In this document: one piece after another, positions 1-7,818 of the stretch | Position numbering within the stretch: the first letter of the stretch is position 1 | How the letters are laid out: each line of letters starts with the position of its first letter | Source: a virus | Lineage: Duplodnaviria; Caudoviricetes | Strand: one strand, 5' to 3' | IMG/VR virus record: IMGVR_UViG_3300044450_000301 | Span: 1-45,738 of that record | Length of the DNA stretch: 45,738 bases | Made by a program: the position numbers and the translations under genes | Notes under the pieces: generated by a model | What the model was told of the DNA's origin: nothing | The model's input: only the letters and a program-made list of their open reading frames with translations | Databases searched by the model: none

Positions 1-330
1 GCCGGCTTCGATGCCCGCGCCGGCTTTGATGCCCCAGCCGGCTTCGATGCCCGCGCCGGCTTTGATGCCCGTGCCGGCTTCGATGCCCTCGCCGGCTTTG
101 ATGCCCCAGCCGGCTTCGATGCCCTCGCCGGCTTTGATGCCCCAGCCGGCTTCGATGCCCGCGCCGGCTTCGATGCCCGCGCCGGCTTTGATGCCCCAGC
201 CGGCTTCGATGCCCGCGCCGGCTTTGATGCCCGTGCCGGCTTCGATGCCCTCGCCGGCTTTGATGCCCCAGCCGGCTTCGATGCCCGCGCCGGCTTTGAT
301 GCCCCAGCCGGCTTTGATGCCCGTGCCGGC
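1..330. repeat. Tandem array of 18 x 18-bp units (GCCGGCTTYGATGCCCnn)
   Basis: Directly visible; four unit variants. Confidence 0.98.
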
Positions 331-525
331 TAACGCTTTCACCCAATACCGGGCGCGGATCGATCCCTTGAACGAAACAAATCCGAGATCGGCAGCGATC
401 TCGATTGAGCCGTCGAATTCCTCCGACGAAACATCGACGTTGCCGACATACACATTCTCGGCGTCGAGATCGTCACGACCGATCTCCAGAACCTTCCGGC
501 CATATTTCTCAATGATATTGGGCAT
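1..525 (-). CDS. Hexapeptide-repeat (xGI[K/E]AG)n protein, 3' end truncated by window
   Basis: ATG at 525 with AGGAG RBS; reads MPNIIEKYGRKVLEIGRDDLDAENVYVGNVDV...KALAGTGIKAGWGIKAGAGIEAG... with no stop to position 1; same strand as neighbouring genes. Confidence 0.85.
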   Translation of the reverse strand, partial: MPNIIEKYGRKVLEIGRDDLDAENVYVGNVDVSSEEFDGSIEIAADLGFVSFKGSIRARYWVKALAGTGIKAGWGIKAGAGIEAGWGIKAGEGIEAGTGIKAGAGIEAGWGIKAGAGIEAGAGIEAGWGIKAGEGIEAGWGIKAGEGIEAGTGIKAGAGIEAGWGIKAGAGIEAG

Positions 526-553
526 TGCGATCTCCTGTTGCAGTCGTTGCGAT

Positions 554-572
554 AGATGCGATAATCGCAACA
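554..572. promoter_or_regulatory. Putative phage repressor operator AGATGCGATAATCGCAACA, in the promoter region of the repeat gene
   Basis: Matches the 19-bp palindromic consensus TGTTGCG-N5-CRCAACA; TTGACG on the minus strand at 594-599. Confidence 0.7.
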
Positions 573-842
573 CTAATCCGAAATATAAAGCGGCGTCAAC
601 TCCGGCTTCGCATTTTCCAGTGGCTCCAGGACGATCCTGTATCCGATTACATGGGCGACGTTTTCGAAATCCACCCAGCGCGGCGCGTTCTTGCCGTGAC
701 GCCAGTAGGAAAGCGTGACGGTATGAACGCCGGCCTGGGCGGCGATATCGCTGTAGCTCCTGCCGCTCGCGTCGATCTTGGCGAATAGTTCGCGGATCAG
801 TGGCGACGCCGATCGCGGCGGCTTGGCTGGGAAGGCGGTCAT
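573..842 (-). CDS. XRE-family HTH protein
   Basis: SYSDIAAQAGVHTVTLSYWRHGKNAP helix-turn-helix pattern. Confidence 0.8.
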   Translation of the reverse strand: MTAFPAKPPRSASPLIRELFAKIDASGRSYSDIAAQAGVHTVTLSYWRHGKNAPRWVDFENVAHVIGYRIVLEPLENAKPELTPLYISD

Positions 843-1078
843 TCGCTTTTACGCCCCGGCGCATCCCGCGCCTGCAATTCAGCGTCGCCCTTCACCGTTG
901 TTCGGTAGCGTCGCTTTGATCGCGATCTGCCGTCGCTCTCGACGTAGCCGTTTTCTTCAAGCCAGTAGATTGCGGTCCATTCGACGGTCCCAACCGGGTG
1001 ATGCCCGTGGCTGGTATTACATTGGGCGAGGGCGTCTAAGCGCGCTGATGTAAATCCCAGCGTTTCAATCCGTGTCAT
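839..1078 (-). CDS. Hypothetical protein, winged-helix-like
   Basis: WLEENGYVE...YRTTVKG; coupled to next gene; start refined to ATG 1078. Confidence 0.6.
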   Translation of the reverse strand: MTRIETLGFTSARLDALAQCNTSHGHHPVGTVEWTAIYWLEENGYVESDGRSRSKRRYRTTVKGDAELQARDAPGRKSE

Positions 1079-1385
1079 TTCCCTCAACCCTGCTTCTGCC
1101 GGTTCCTGCTCGTTGGTCGCTGCCAGAAGCGGCCTCGCTGTGGTGTATCAGTGGCGGGCTCGGCCAAACGAACGTTACACCGCCAATGTCGGCCTGGTTT
1201 TTCGGCTTCTCGCCTAGACTTGCCTTGGTCGGCATTATGCTCGGATTGGTCGCGGCGAGGAACCGAATGCGATCGCCGTCCTTGTGGCTTGGCAGAATGA
1301 TTGATGCGGCGGGGCTCAAGCCGCAATTCTGTAGCTCGCGCTGTAGCTGGGCAACAGCTTTCGCAAGGCTGTAAATGTCACTCAT
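1065..1385 (-). CDS. Hypothetical phage protein (3' end possibly frameshifted)
   Basis: ATGA coupling with the upstream gene; see the finding on the 30-bp repeat. Confidence 0.6.
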   Translation of the reverse strand: MSDIYSLAKAVAQLQRELQNCGLSPAASIILPSHKDGDRIRFLAATNPSIMPTKASLGEKPKNQADIGGVTFVWPSPPLIHHSEAASGSDQRAGTGRSRVEGNDTD

Positions 1386-1834
1386 TCCCCTCGTTCCTTC
1401 TTCTGCCGGTTCCTGCTTGTCGGTCGCTGGGCAAGGCCGGCTTCCCTGATCTCCGCGACCGTGATGGGCTCGCCGTCAAGCGTGTATTCGGATCGCCATG
1501 CGAGCGTGACGGCGTTCCATAGCTCGCGCCATGTCGTGATGCTCAGCTTGCCGATCGGCGTGTCGACGGTATGAGAAATGTCGAACTCAGCGCCGATCTG
1601 ATCGTCCTTGTACCGAAGCCGCCAGCGGGCGCGAGCTTCGTTCTGGACGCGCTCCAGATAGTCGATGCGATCCAGAAGCGCGGCGCGGACGGGCTTGTCA
1701 TCGCGCAGGCGTTTAATCGCGGCGATGATCCTGAGCGACTGAGGCTCTGGAGGCTCGTTTCCGATGGCGAGGTCGATTGCGCGCAGTGCCTCTGTGAGCG
1801 CGTCCGATCGGGCAAGGCGGTCGGCGTGGGTCAT
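1382..1834 (-). CDS. Hypothetical phage protein
   Basis: Coupled ORF in the leftward operon. Confidence 0.7.
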   Translation of the reverse strand: MTHADRLARSDALTEALRAIDLAIGNEPPEPQSLRIIAAIKRLRDDKPVRAALLDRIDYLERVQNEARARWRLRYKDDQIGAEFDISHTVDTPIGKLSITTWRELWNAVTLAWRSEYTLDGEPITVAEIREAGLAQRPTSRNRQKKERGE

Positions 1835-2019
1835 TGCGGGTTCCTGAGATCGTGCGCAACATCGGGGAAGCCGATCTTTTCACACCGCGCCGCGCACCTC
1901 TCGCGCTCCGCAAGGATGGCGTTGGCGATACCCTCTATTGATCCCTGCTCGTGTCCAAGAGGCAGGTTTTCGAACGTCTCGCGCGCCGTCCGCATGATGT
2001 CATCTGGGATGCCGGTCAT
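1831..2019 (-). CDS. Hypothetical phage protein (MTGIPDDIM...AILAERERCA)
   Basis: Start at 2019 overlaps the exonuclease stop; the AILAERERCA motif is common in phage proteins. Confidence 0.7.
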   Translation of the reverse strand: MTGIPDDIMRTARETFENLPLGHEQGSIEGIANAILAERERCAARCEKIGFPDVAHDLRNPQ

Positions 2020-2723
2020 GCCGCTTCCTTCCGTGTGCGTTTCTGTATCCAGTACCGGGCGCTGAATTTCACATCCTCGCCCATATCGGATTTGTCGCGA
2101 AGCCACTCCAGATAATCCATCGGCGCGGCTTCGAATGTCATCCCTTTGTGCTTGCCGAAATTCATCGTCTTGATCAGGGCAGGGTAGCGCGAGATCGCAA
2201 CCATACGCTCCAGCGTTTCGATCTCCAGCATCTTCGCGAAGATGTGCGCTGTCACGAAAGCGTCGGGCAGGGCGCGGTGCGGCGGGTGCGCGAGCTTGGG
2301 GTTGAAATCGAGCGCAAGCCAATATCTGAGGCACTGGTTCGAATGCCCTGGCGCGTCCGGCCATATGATCCGCGCGACCTTGTATGTGTCGATCCACGGT
2401 CGGCCGTCGCCGTCGAAAAAGTGCTTCTCGAAATCAGCCTTGTGCGCGACCAGATAGTCGGTCGGCGCGCATCCTTCCATGAACTCATCAATGAGATCGC
2501 GCCAAGCTGGGGCGTCGGCAACGTCATCCTCCTGGATGTGGTGAACGGCTTTCGTTTCTGGCGGGATCAGGCTGCGCGGACGGCAAAGCGAACTCCAGGC
2601 GGTTTCGGTAAGGACGCGGCGTTGCTCCAGGTCGACATCGATCCTGCCGGCTTCAATGATCTCCGCACCGTCGCTTTCGGGTGTTCCGGTGGTTTCGAAG
2701 TCGATGACGCGGGCGATGGTCAC
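2016..2723 (-). CDS. DEDDh 3'-5' exonuclease, exodeoxyribonuclease X-like
   Basis: IDFETTG, VAHKADFE, HRALPDA motifs; C-terminal MNFGKHKG; GTG start coupled to the upstream stop. Confidence 0.88.
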   Translation of the reverse strand: MTIARVIDFETTGTPESDGAEIIEAGRIDVDLEQRRVLTETAWSSLCRPRSLIPPETKAVHHIQEDDVADAPAWRDLIDEFMEGCAPTDYLVAHKADFEKHFFDGDGRPWIDTYKVARIIWPDAPGHSNQCLRYWLALDFNPKLAHPPHRALPDAFVTAHIFAKMLEIETLERMVAISRYPALIKTMNFGKHKGMTFEAAPMDYLEWLRDKSDMGEDVKFSARYWIQKRTRKEAA

Positions 2724-2935
2724 AGTTTCACCCATTCTCCAGGCGAAGCCATCGCCTTTGAGGCGAGCGGCCATAGCTTGTGCATCATTGCCTCGGTGGT
2801 CGCCAGCCGCCTGACGCCGCTATACAGCCAGTCGTGCGAGGTGCTTACGTGGTAGAAGCCACCGGGTATGAACTGGATTTGAAAAGTGGTGTCGCTCTCG
2901 CGGATCGCTCGCGCTTGGCGAATACGGCGGCTCAT
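2720..2935 (-). CDS. Hypothetical protein
   Basis: Coupled on both sides. Confidence 0.6.
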   Translation of the reverse strand: MSRRIRQARAIRESDTTFQIQFIPGGFYHVSTSHDWLYSGVRRLATTEAMMHKLWPLASKAMASPGEWVKL

Positions 2936-3204
2936 AACGTCACCTCGTCCTTGATGCGATCGGCCTCGGCGCGGCCGGCGTCCGTCACGACATAGCCGCT
3001 ACCGGCCAGCTTGCCGCTGTTTGGGTTCACAAGCGGCGCGAGCGCGAGCATGCCTCTTGCCTCCAGCGACCGAAGGACGGCGGCGACGGCCGTGGGCTCG
3101 ATGATCTCGACGGCGCGGATCGCGCGGGCATAAATGCCATAGTCTGACGGCGCGTCCTGGGCGGCGTAAACGAGAACGCGCCTCTCCTGATCGGTGAAGG
3201 TCAT
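2932..3204 (-). CDS. Winged-helix-like hypothetical protein
   Basis: LRSLEARGML...YVVTDAGR; start refined to 3204. Confidence 0.7.
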   Translation of the reverse strand: MTFTDQERRVLVYAAQDAPSDYGIYARAIRAVEIIEPTAVAAVLRSLEARGMLALAPLVNPNSGKLAGSGYVVTDAGRAEADRIKDEVTL

Positions 3205-3683
3205 GCCGCCTGCTCCTGAGGATCGGGACCGATGCGGCCGTGCTTGGCTTCCCATGCCTCAAGGCGCTCGCGACCGGCGTCGGTTATCTCGCGACCCCTA
3301 CCGGAAAGCATGCCTTCCTCGATCAGCGTATCGACCATGCGATTAACGGCTCCGCCCATCGATTGGGTGCAGGATGTGCGCCAATGCTTCACGCCGGCAT
3401 CATCGGTCCAGTACCAGAATTTCCAGTGCGGCCCCTTTCCGGCGCGCACGGCCGCAAGGCATTCGGCCTGCCGCTTGGTGAGGGTGTGGTTCCTGGCGCG
3501 ATCGGCTCGCGCCCGCTCGATCGCCTGCTGAGCTTCGACCCGCGCGTCGTAAGCGCGCCGATCGATCTCCAGCGTCCGGCGCACCTTCTTGGCGAGATTG
3601 TGTTCCTGCGACGCCTCCAGCGCCGCTATGACGCGCGCGGCTTCCTCGGCGCTGAATGTGGGCTCGGTGTAGAATTTTCTCAT
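3201..3683 (-). CDS. Hypothetical protein with C-terminal winged-helix-like region
   Basis: TLIEEGML...EITDAGRERL; start refined to the coupled ATG at 3683. Confidence 0.65.
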   Translation of the reverse strand: MRKFYTEPTFSAEEAARVIAALEASQEHNLAKKVRRTLEIDRRAYDARVEAQQAIERARADRARNHTLTKRQAECLAAVRAGKGPHWKFWYWTDDAGVKHWRTSCTQSMGGAVNRMVDTLIEEGMLSGRGREITDAGRERLEAWEAKHGRIGPDPQEQAA

Positions 3684-3871
3684 TGGGGCATATCCCTGTC
3701 GGTCCAGTTGTTCTTTTCGTAGTGCCGCTGCTGACACGGCTCATCGCAATACGGCGTTGGAAAGTCGGCGTTCGGTGACGGCCATGCGAGCCAGCCAACT
3801 TCTGCGGATGTCATGCGTCCGCAATTCGGACATTGGTAGGTGCGGATGGTGTCGGGGCGATCGCCGCTCAT
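3680..3871 (-). CDS. Small zinc-binding protein
   Basis: CPNC...YCDEPC. Confidence 0.65.
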   Translation of the reverse strand: MSGDRPDTIRTYQCPNCGRMTSAEVGWLAWPSPNADFPTPYCDEPCQQRHYEKNNWTDRDMPQ

Positions 3872-4137
3872 TTCGGCGCGTCCTCATACCAGTCGGTTGC
3901 GATGCCTGCGGCCGTGTCCTTCATGAACCCGATCGCGTCGGCCTTGGTCGGAAAATCGAGTAAGCCTTGGTTCATGCGCTCGGCGTCATACTTGGCGACG
4001 ATCCAGCGGGTTTCGCCGTCGATCCAGTCACCGCCGTTCTGCCGGTCATAGACCACGACATGCCCGCCATCCTCGCATTTGCGCGACGCGACATAGCCGG
4101 CGTCGCCATTGTACGGTTTGCGTTTGCTCTCGGTCAT
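3868..4137 (-). CDS. Hypothetical protein
   Basis: AGGAG RBS, coupled. Confidence 0.7.
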   Translation of the reverse strand: MTESKRKPYNGDAGYVASRKCEDGGHVVVYDRQNGGDWIDGETRWIVAKYDAERMNQGLLDFPTKADAIGFMKDTAAGIATDWYEDAPK

Positions 4138-4145
4138 AGTGGCTC

Positions 4146-4643
4146 CTAGCTGAAAAGCTCGCCTAGCAACTCGTCGTCGGTCATGGTTGCGGGCGCGTCA
4201 TCAACCGTAATCCCGCGCGCTGTAAGGAATGCAATCTCGGCCTCGCGCTCGCGCTCGATCATGCGAACGTTATGCTGCCGCCAATTGCGTTCGCGATCGG
4301 TGATCGCCGCATCAACGCGGGCGCGTTCATGTGACAGTCGAAGCTCGATGGCGTGAAGGTGGGATAGGTCACGCTCTGCCCGCGTTTCCGGGGCGGGCTC
4401 GATCCGCCAATTGGTAATCCATGAGTTTGCGTCAACGTAGCCAAAGCGCCGATCCAGCGTTTCTATGACGGCCTCAGCGTCCTCGCGGGTGAAGCGTGTC
4501 GCCTCGGTAATGCTGTATGGCCGGATTTGCCGGCCCGTCGAATGCCCCTTGTGGAAGCTGTATTCGCCATGTCGGTACGGCTTATAGGCATAGACGGTTT
4601 GCCCGGTTTCCTGATTGATCGCGGCGATGATGCAGTCGGTCAC
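4146..4643 (-). CDS. Hypothetical protein
   Basis: AAGGAG RBS before GTG. Confidence 0.7.
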   Translation of the reverse strand: MTDCIIAAINQETGQTVYAYKPYRHGEYSFHKGHSTGRQIRPYSITEATRFTREDAEAVIETLDRRFGYVDANSWITNWRIEPAPETRAERDLSHLHAIELRLSHERARVDAAITDRERNWRQHNVRMIEREREAEIAFLTARGITVDDAPATMTDDELLGELFS

Positions 4644-4700
4644 TGGTCGATCTCCTTCAAGCGTTCGGGAATGGGGCGCGGACGCCCCGAACCGGAAGGC

Positions 4701-4874
4701 TCAAGCGGTGGCTGTTTCGCGAAAAATCCTGCGGAGGGTTTCAACGCTGTCCTTCGGGAGATCGATGCGAACGCCTTTCTCGCCGTTACGAACGGTCATC
4801 GATCCATCCGACCACTCGTTAGCAAACCAGCCGGACCCGAGATCGGTGGTGCGCTTCAACTGCTTGTCGGTCAT
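4701..4874 (-). CDS. 57-aa hypothetical protein (MTDKQLKRTTDLGSGWFANEWSDGS...), first gene of the early leftward operon
   Basis: Translated by hand; AAGGA upstream; below the ORF-track length cutoff. Confidence 0.7.
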   Translation of the reverse strand: MTDKQLKRTTDLGSGWFANEWSDGSMTVRNGEKGVRIDLPKDSVETLRRIFRETATA

Positions 4875-4891
4875 TTATTTCATCCTTAGTG

Positions 4892-4936
4892 TGTTGCGAT
4901 AATCACAACATAATCGCAATCCCGATCGAGAGCAAT
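4892..4936 (-). promoter_or_regulatory. Leftward early promoter (TTGCTC-17-TATGTT) with operator TGTTGCGATAATCACAACA at 4892-4910
   Basis: Near-perfect palindrome overlapping a sigma70-like -10. Confidence 0.75.
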
Positions 4937-5022
4937 ACCCAGGCGAGAGTTTTTAAGAGGATCGATCTCGGCCAAGTTGAGCGGCGCGGCTGATTTCGTT
5001 CGCAATCATCGAACGATCGCCG

Positions 5023-5212
5023 TTACAAACTCCCTTGTCACAACATGTCCAGCAATATCAATAAGTTAGTAGTGACAAAGAGGTTTCTAAGAGACACTAA
5101 AAAATTATAATTAGGGGTGGTTGGTAAGTGTATAAAATAGAGGTCGATATATACCGACCTACTGATCCCCTTTGAAAAATTGTTGTGCCGTTCTTAGAAA
5201 CTCCCCTGTCAC
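5023..5212. repeat. Three 19-bp repeats (TTASAAACYYCYYTGTCAC), one inverted, plus IHF consensus at 5056-5068; candidate pac/ori region
   Basis: Copies at 5023-5041, 5072-5090 (inverted), 5194-5212; TATCAATAAGTTA fits WATCAANNNNTTR. Confidence 0.65.
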
Positions 5213-5287
5213 CGTTTCGGAGCCGTAACGATATCAGAAAGCAACCATTGGTGCGTAAATCTCAACGCCTGATGGAGCGCCTGATAG

Positions 5288-5815
5288 ATGACGCCGAAAC
5301 AAGAGCAATTCGTGCGGGAATACCTGGTCGACCTGAACGCAACTCAGGCCGCGATCCGTGCCGGATATAGCGCAAAGACGGCAGGCGCTGTTGGGAATGA
5401 AAACCTAACAAAACCTGAAATCAAAGCGGCGATCGATAAGGCGATGGCTGAGCGATCGGAAGCGACGCGGATTGATGCCGCGTGGGTGCTAAAACGGCTT
5501 GCTGAGGAAGTCGAGGCGGATATCGCTGATCTCTATGACGATGAGACTGGCGATCTCAAGCCGATGCGCGAATGGCCGGAAATCTGGCGCAAGGGATTAG
5601 TCCAGGGGATCGAGATCGAAGCGCTGTTCGAAGGTTATGGTAAGGATCGCGTTCAAATCGGCCACACCAAAAAGATCAGGCTCGACAACCGGATCAAGCG
5701 CATCGAACTGATCGGCAAGCATATCGGCGTGAATGCGTTCCAGGAGACGGTGAAGCACACCGGCCTCGACGCGCTGGCCGATCGGCTGGAAAGGGCGCAC
5801 AAGCGGGATGGCTAA
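5288..5815 (+). CDS. terS: Terminase small subunit
   Basis: MTPKQEQFVREYLVDLNATQAAIRAGYS Terminase_2 signature. Confidence 0.95.
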   Translation: MTPKQEQFVREYLVDLNATQAAIRAGYSAKTAGAVGNENLTKPEIKAAIDKAMAERSEATRIDAAWVLKRLAEEVEADIADLYDDETGDLKPMREWPEIWRKGLVQGIEIEALFEGYGKDRVQIGHTKKIRLDNRIKRIELIGKHIGVNAFQETVKHTGLDALADRLERAHKRDG

Positions 5816-5903
5816 GATACCGCCCATGAAGCGCAAGACGGCGCGCTCCAGCCTTCGGCGCATCTGTCGCAAGATAGGGCTCAGGCTCAGTGTTAAGCGA
5901 TGA
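5808..5903 (+). CDS. 31-aa basic peptide between terS and terL
   Basis: MAKIPPMKRKTARSSLRRICRKIGLRLSVKR; overlaps the terS end and is ATGA-coupled to terL. Confidence 0.45.
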   Translation: MAKIPPMKRKTARSSLRRICRKIGLRLSVKR

Positions 5904-7402
5904 AACCGCAAGGCCGCGCCGACCTCAATGACCAGATAATCGACCTGGCTGCCACCTGCCGGTTCGACCCGAAGCGCTGGAGCCGGCTGGCGTGGGATTG
6001 GGGCGTTGGGCCGCTCGAAAAGCACCGCGGCCCGCGCGACTGGCAAGACGACATCAACGGGATCATTGCTGAGCATCTGAGCGATCCCGAAACGCGCTAT
6101 GAGCCGTTGCAAATCAGCGTCGCCAGCGGCCACGGCATCGGCAAGTCGGCCGAAATGGGCATGCTGTCCAATTGGGCGATGTCGTGCTGGGCGGACGCGC
6201 GGATCGTCACCACGGCAAACACGGAAGGCCAGCTTCGCACAAAGACCGCGCCTGAGATCGGCAAGTGGTTCCGCATGTCGCTCACCGGGCATTGGTTCGA
6301 TGTGCAAGCAATGTCGATCAAGTCCCGCGATCCGGCGCGCGCCGATAGCTGGCGACAGGACTTCATTCCCTGGTCGGAACACAACACTGAGGCATTCGCC
6401 GGCCTGCACAATGAAGGCAAGATCATCCTCTTGCTGTTCGATGAGGCGTCGAAAATCCATGACAAGGTTTGGGAAGTCGCTGAGGGCGCGCTGACCGACG
6501 AAAACACGGTCATCATCTGGATCGTGTTTGGCAACCCGACGCGCAACTCAGGGCGCTTCCGCGAGTGCTTCCGCCGTTACCGCCATCGGTGGGTGCGCCG
6601 GCAAATCGACAGCCGGACGGTTCCCGGCACAAACAAGGCTTATCTCCAGCGCCTTGTGGATGACTACGGAGAGGACAGCGATATCGTGAAGGTGCGCGTT
6701 CGGGGGCAGTTCCCAGCGCAATCGGCCATGCAGTTTATCAGCGAAACGGACGCGGATGCGGCCCGCAAGGTTCATCTGCGCAAAGAGCAATACAGCTTCG
6801 CGCCGGTCATCATCGGCGTCGATCCCGCCTGGACGGGCGATGACAAGCTGGAGATCATGCTGCGGCAAGGGCTCTACTCAAAGTCGCTCATATCCCTGCC
6901 GCGCAATGACAACGATATCCATGTCGCGAACCTGATCGCTCGGCTCGAAGATGAGTATCAGGCGGACGCGGTGTTCATTGACGCCGGTTATGGGACGGGC
7001 ATCAAGTCGGCCGGCGACACGATGGGCAGGGCGTGGCGTTTAATCTGGTTCTCAGGCAAGTCGATCGATCCCGGCTATCTGAACATGCGCGCCTTCATGT
7101 GGGGGCAGGGCAAGCGCTGGCTGAAAGCAGGCGGCGCGATCGATCCGCGCGATGAAGAATTGTACCAGGATTTGATCGGGGTCGAGACGGTTCCGCGCGT
7201 CGATGGCAAGGTGCAGCTTGAAAGCAAAGAGGACATGAAAGAGCGCGGCATTCCCAGCCCGAACAAGGCTGATGCGCTATTCCTGACCTTCGCTGAGCCG
7301 GTCGCCAAGAGGGAGCGGATTTTCACGAAATCCGTAACGATGGCGGACGGCAGCACGGCAGACATTCCGATGGCGGCGGTCGATTACGATCCGCTTGCCT
7401 GA
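5900..7402 (+). CDS. terL: Terminase large subunit
   Basis: Walker A SGHGIGKS, Walker B LLFDEAS, GNPTR, nuclease GVDPA and SPNKADA. Confidence 0.95.
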   Translation: MKPQGRADLNDQIIDLAATCRFDPKRWSRLAWDWGVGPLEKHRGPRDWQDDINGIIAEHLSDPETRYEPLQISVASGHGIGKSAEMGMLSNWAMSCWADARIVTTANTEGQLRTKTAPEIGKWFRMSLTGHWFDVQAMSIKSRDPARADSWRQDFIPWSEHNTEAFAGLHNEGKIILLLFDEASKIHDKVWEVAEGALTDENTVIIWIVFGNPTRNSGRFRECFRRYRHRWVRRQIDSRTVPGTNKAYLQRLVDDYGEDSDIVKVRVRGQFPAQSAMQFISETDADAARKVHLRKEQYSFAPVIIGVDPAWTGDDKLEIMLRQGLYSKSLISLPRNDNDIHVANLIARLEDEYQADAVFIDAGYGTGIKSAGDTMGRAWRLIWFSGKSIDPGYLNMRAFMWGQGKRWLKAGGAIDPRDEELYQDLIGVETVPRVDGKVQLESKEDMKERGIPSPNKADALFLTFAEPVAKRERIFTKSVTMADGSTADIPMAAVDYDPLA

Positions 7403-7458
7403 TTGGTCGCGGCAACCTTCTCGCTCTTATCGGTTCGAAAAACCGGAGTGCGAGCCCG

Positions 7459-7812
7459 ATGAAATCCCAGGACAAGGATGATCTCGTTTCCTCAGTCGCC
7501 AACGCGATCGAGGATAGCAATTGGCAGCTTGCCGCTGCCCGCGATCAATCGGCGCTCAGGCTGGCGATCGCCAAGAATGTCGCCGTCAACGGCCGGCTCG
7601 CCGTTGCCATGATCTTCATCGTCGCGGTCGCGGCGTATCTCAAAGAGGGCGATGCGCTGTTCGCGCGGCTCGCCCTGGGCGCGGCGATCCCGGTCGGCCT
7701 GGCCTACGTGGTCGATCCGCTGCCGGGTGGCCGGATGAAAATCATCGGCGCTGCGCTGGCGCTGATTTCCGCCGCGATCGTTGCGGCGCTCCTGTTTCTC
7801 AACGTGAGGTAA
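7459..7812 (+). CDS. Membrane protein (about 3 TM segments)
   Basis: GGAG RBS; hydrophobic segments. Confidence 0.65.
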   Translation: MKSQDKDDLVSSVANAIEDSNWQLAAARDQSALRLAIAKNVAVNGRLAVAMIFIVAVAAYLKEGDALFARLALGAAIPVGLAYVVDPLPGGRMKIIGAALALISAAIVAALLFLNVR

Positions 7813-7818
7813 TGCAGC

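Noticed and set aside
1-330. Possible CRISPR array
   Set aside because: Units are contiguous 18-mers with no unique spacers, and no cas genes are present
11-718. + strand 235-aa PAPALM repeat ORF
   Set aside because: Shadow frame of the minus-strand repeat gene, which has an RBS, an operator and operon context
4892-4910. Operator as a host Fur/Mur box
   Set aside because: The spacing differs from the alphaproteobacterial Fur/Mur boxes as I recall them, and clustering at the cI/cro switch favours the phage repressor; not formally excluded
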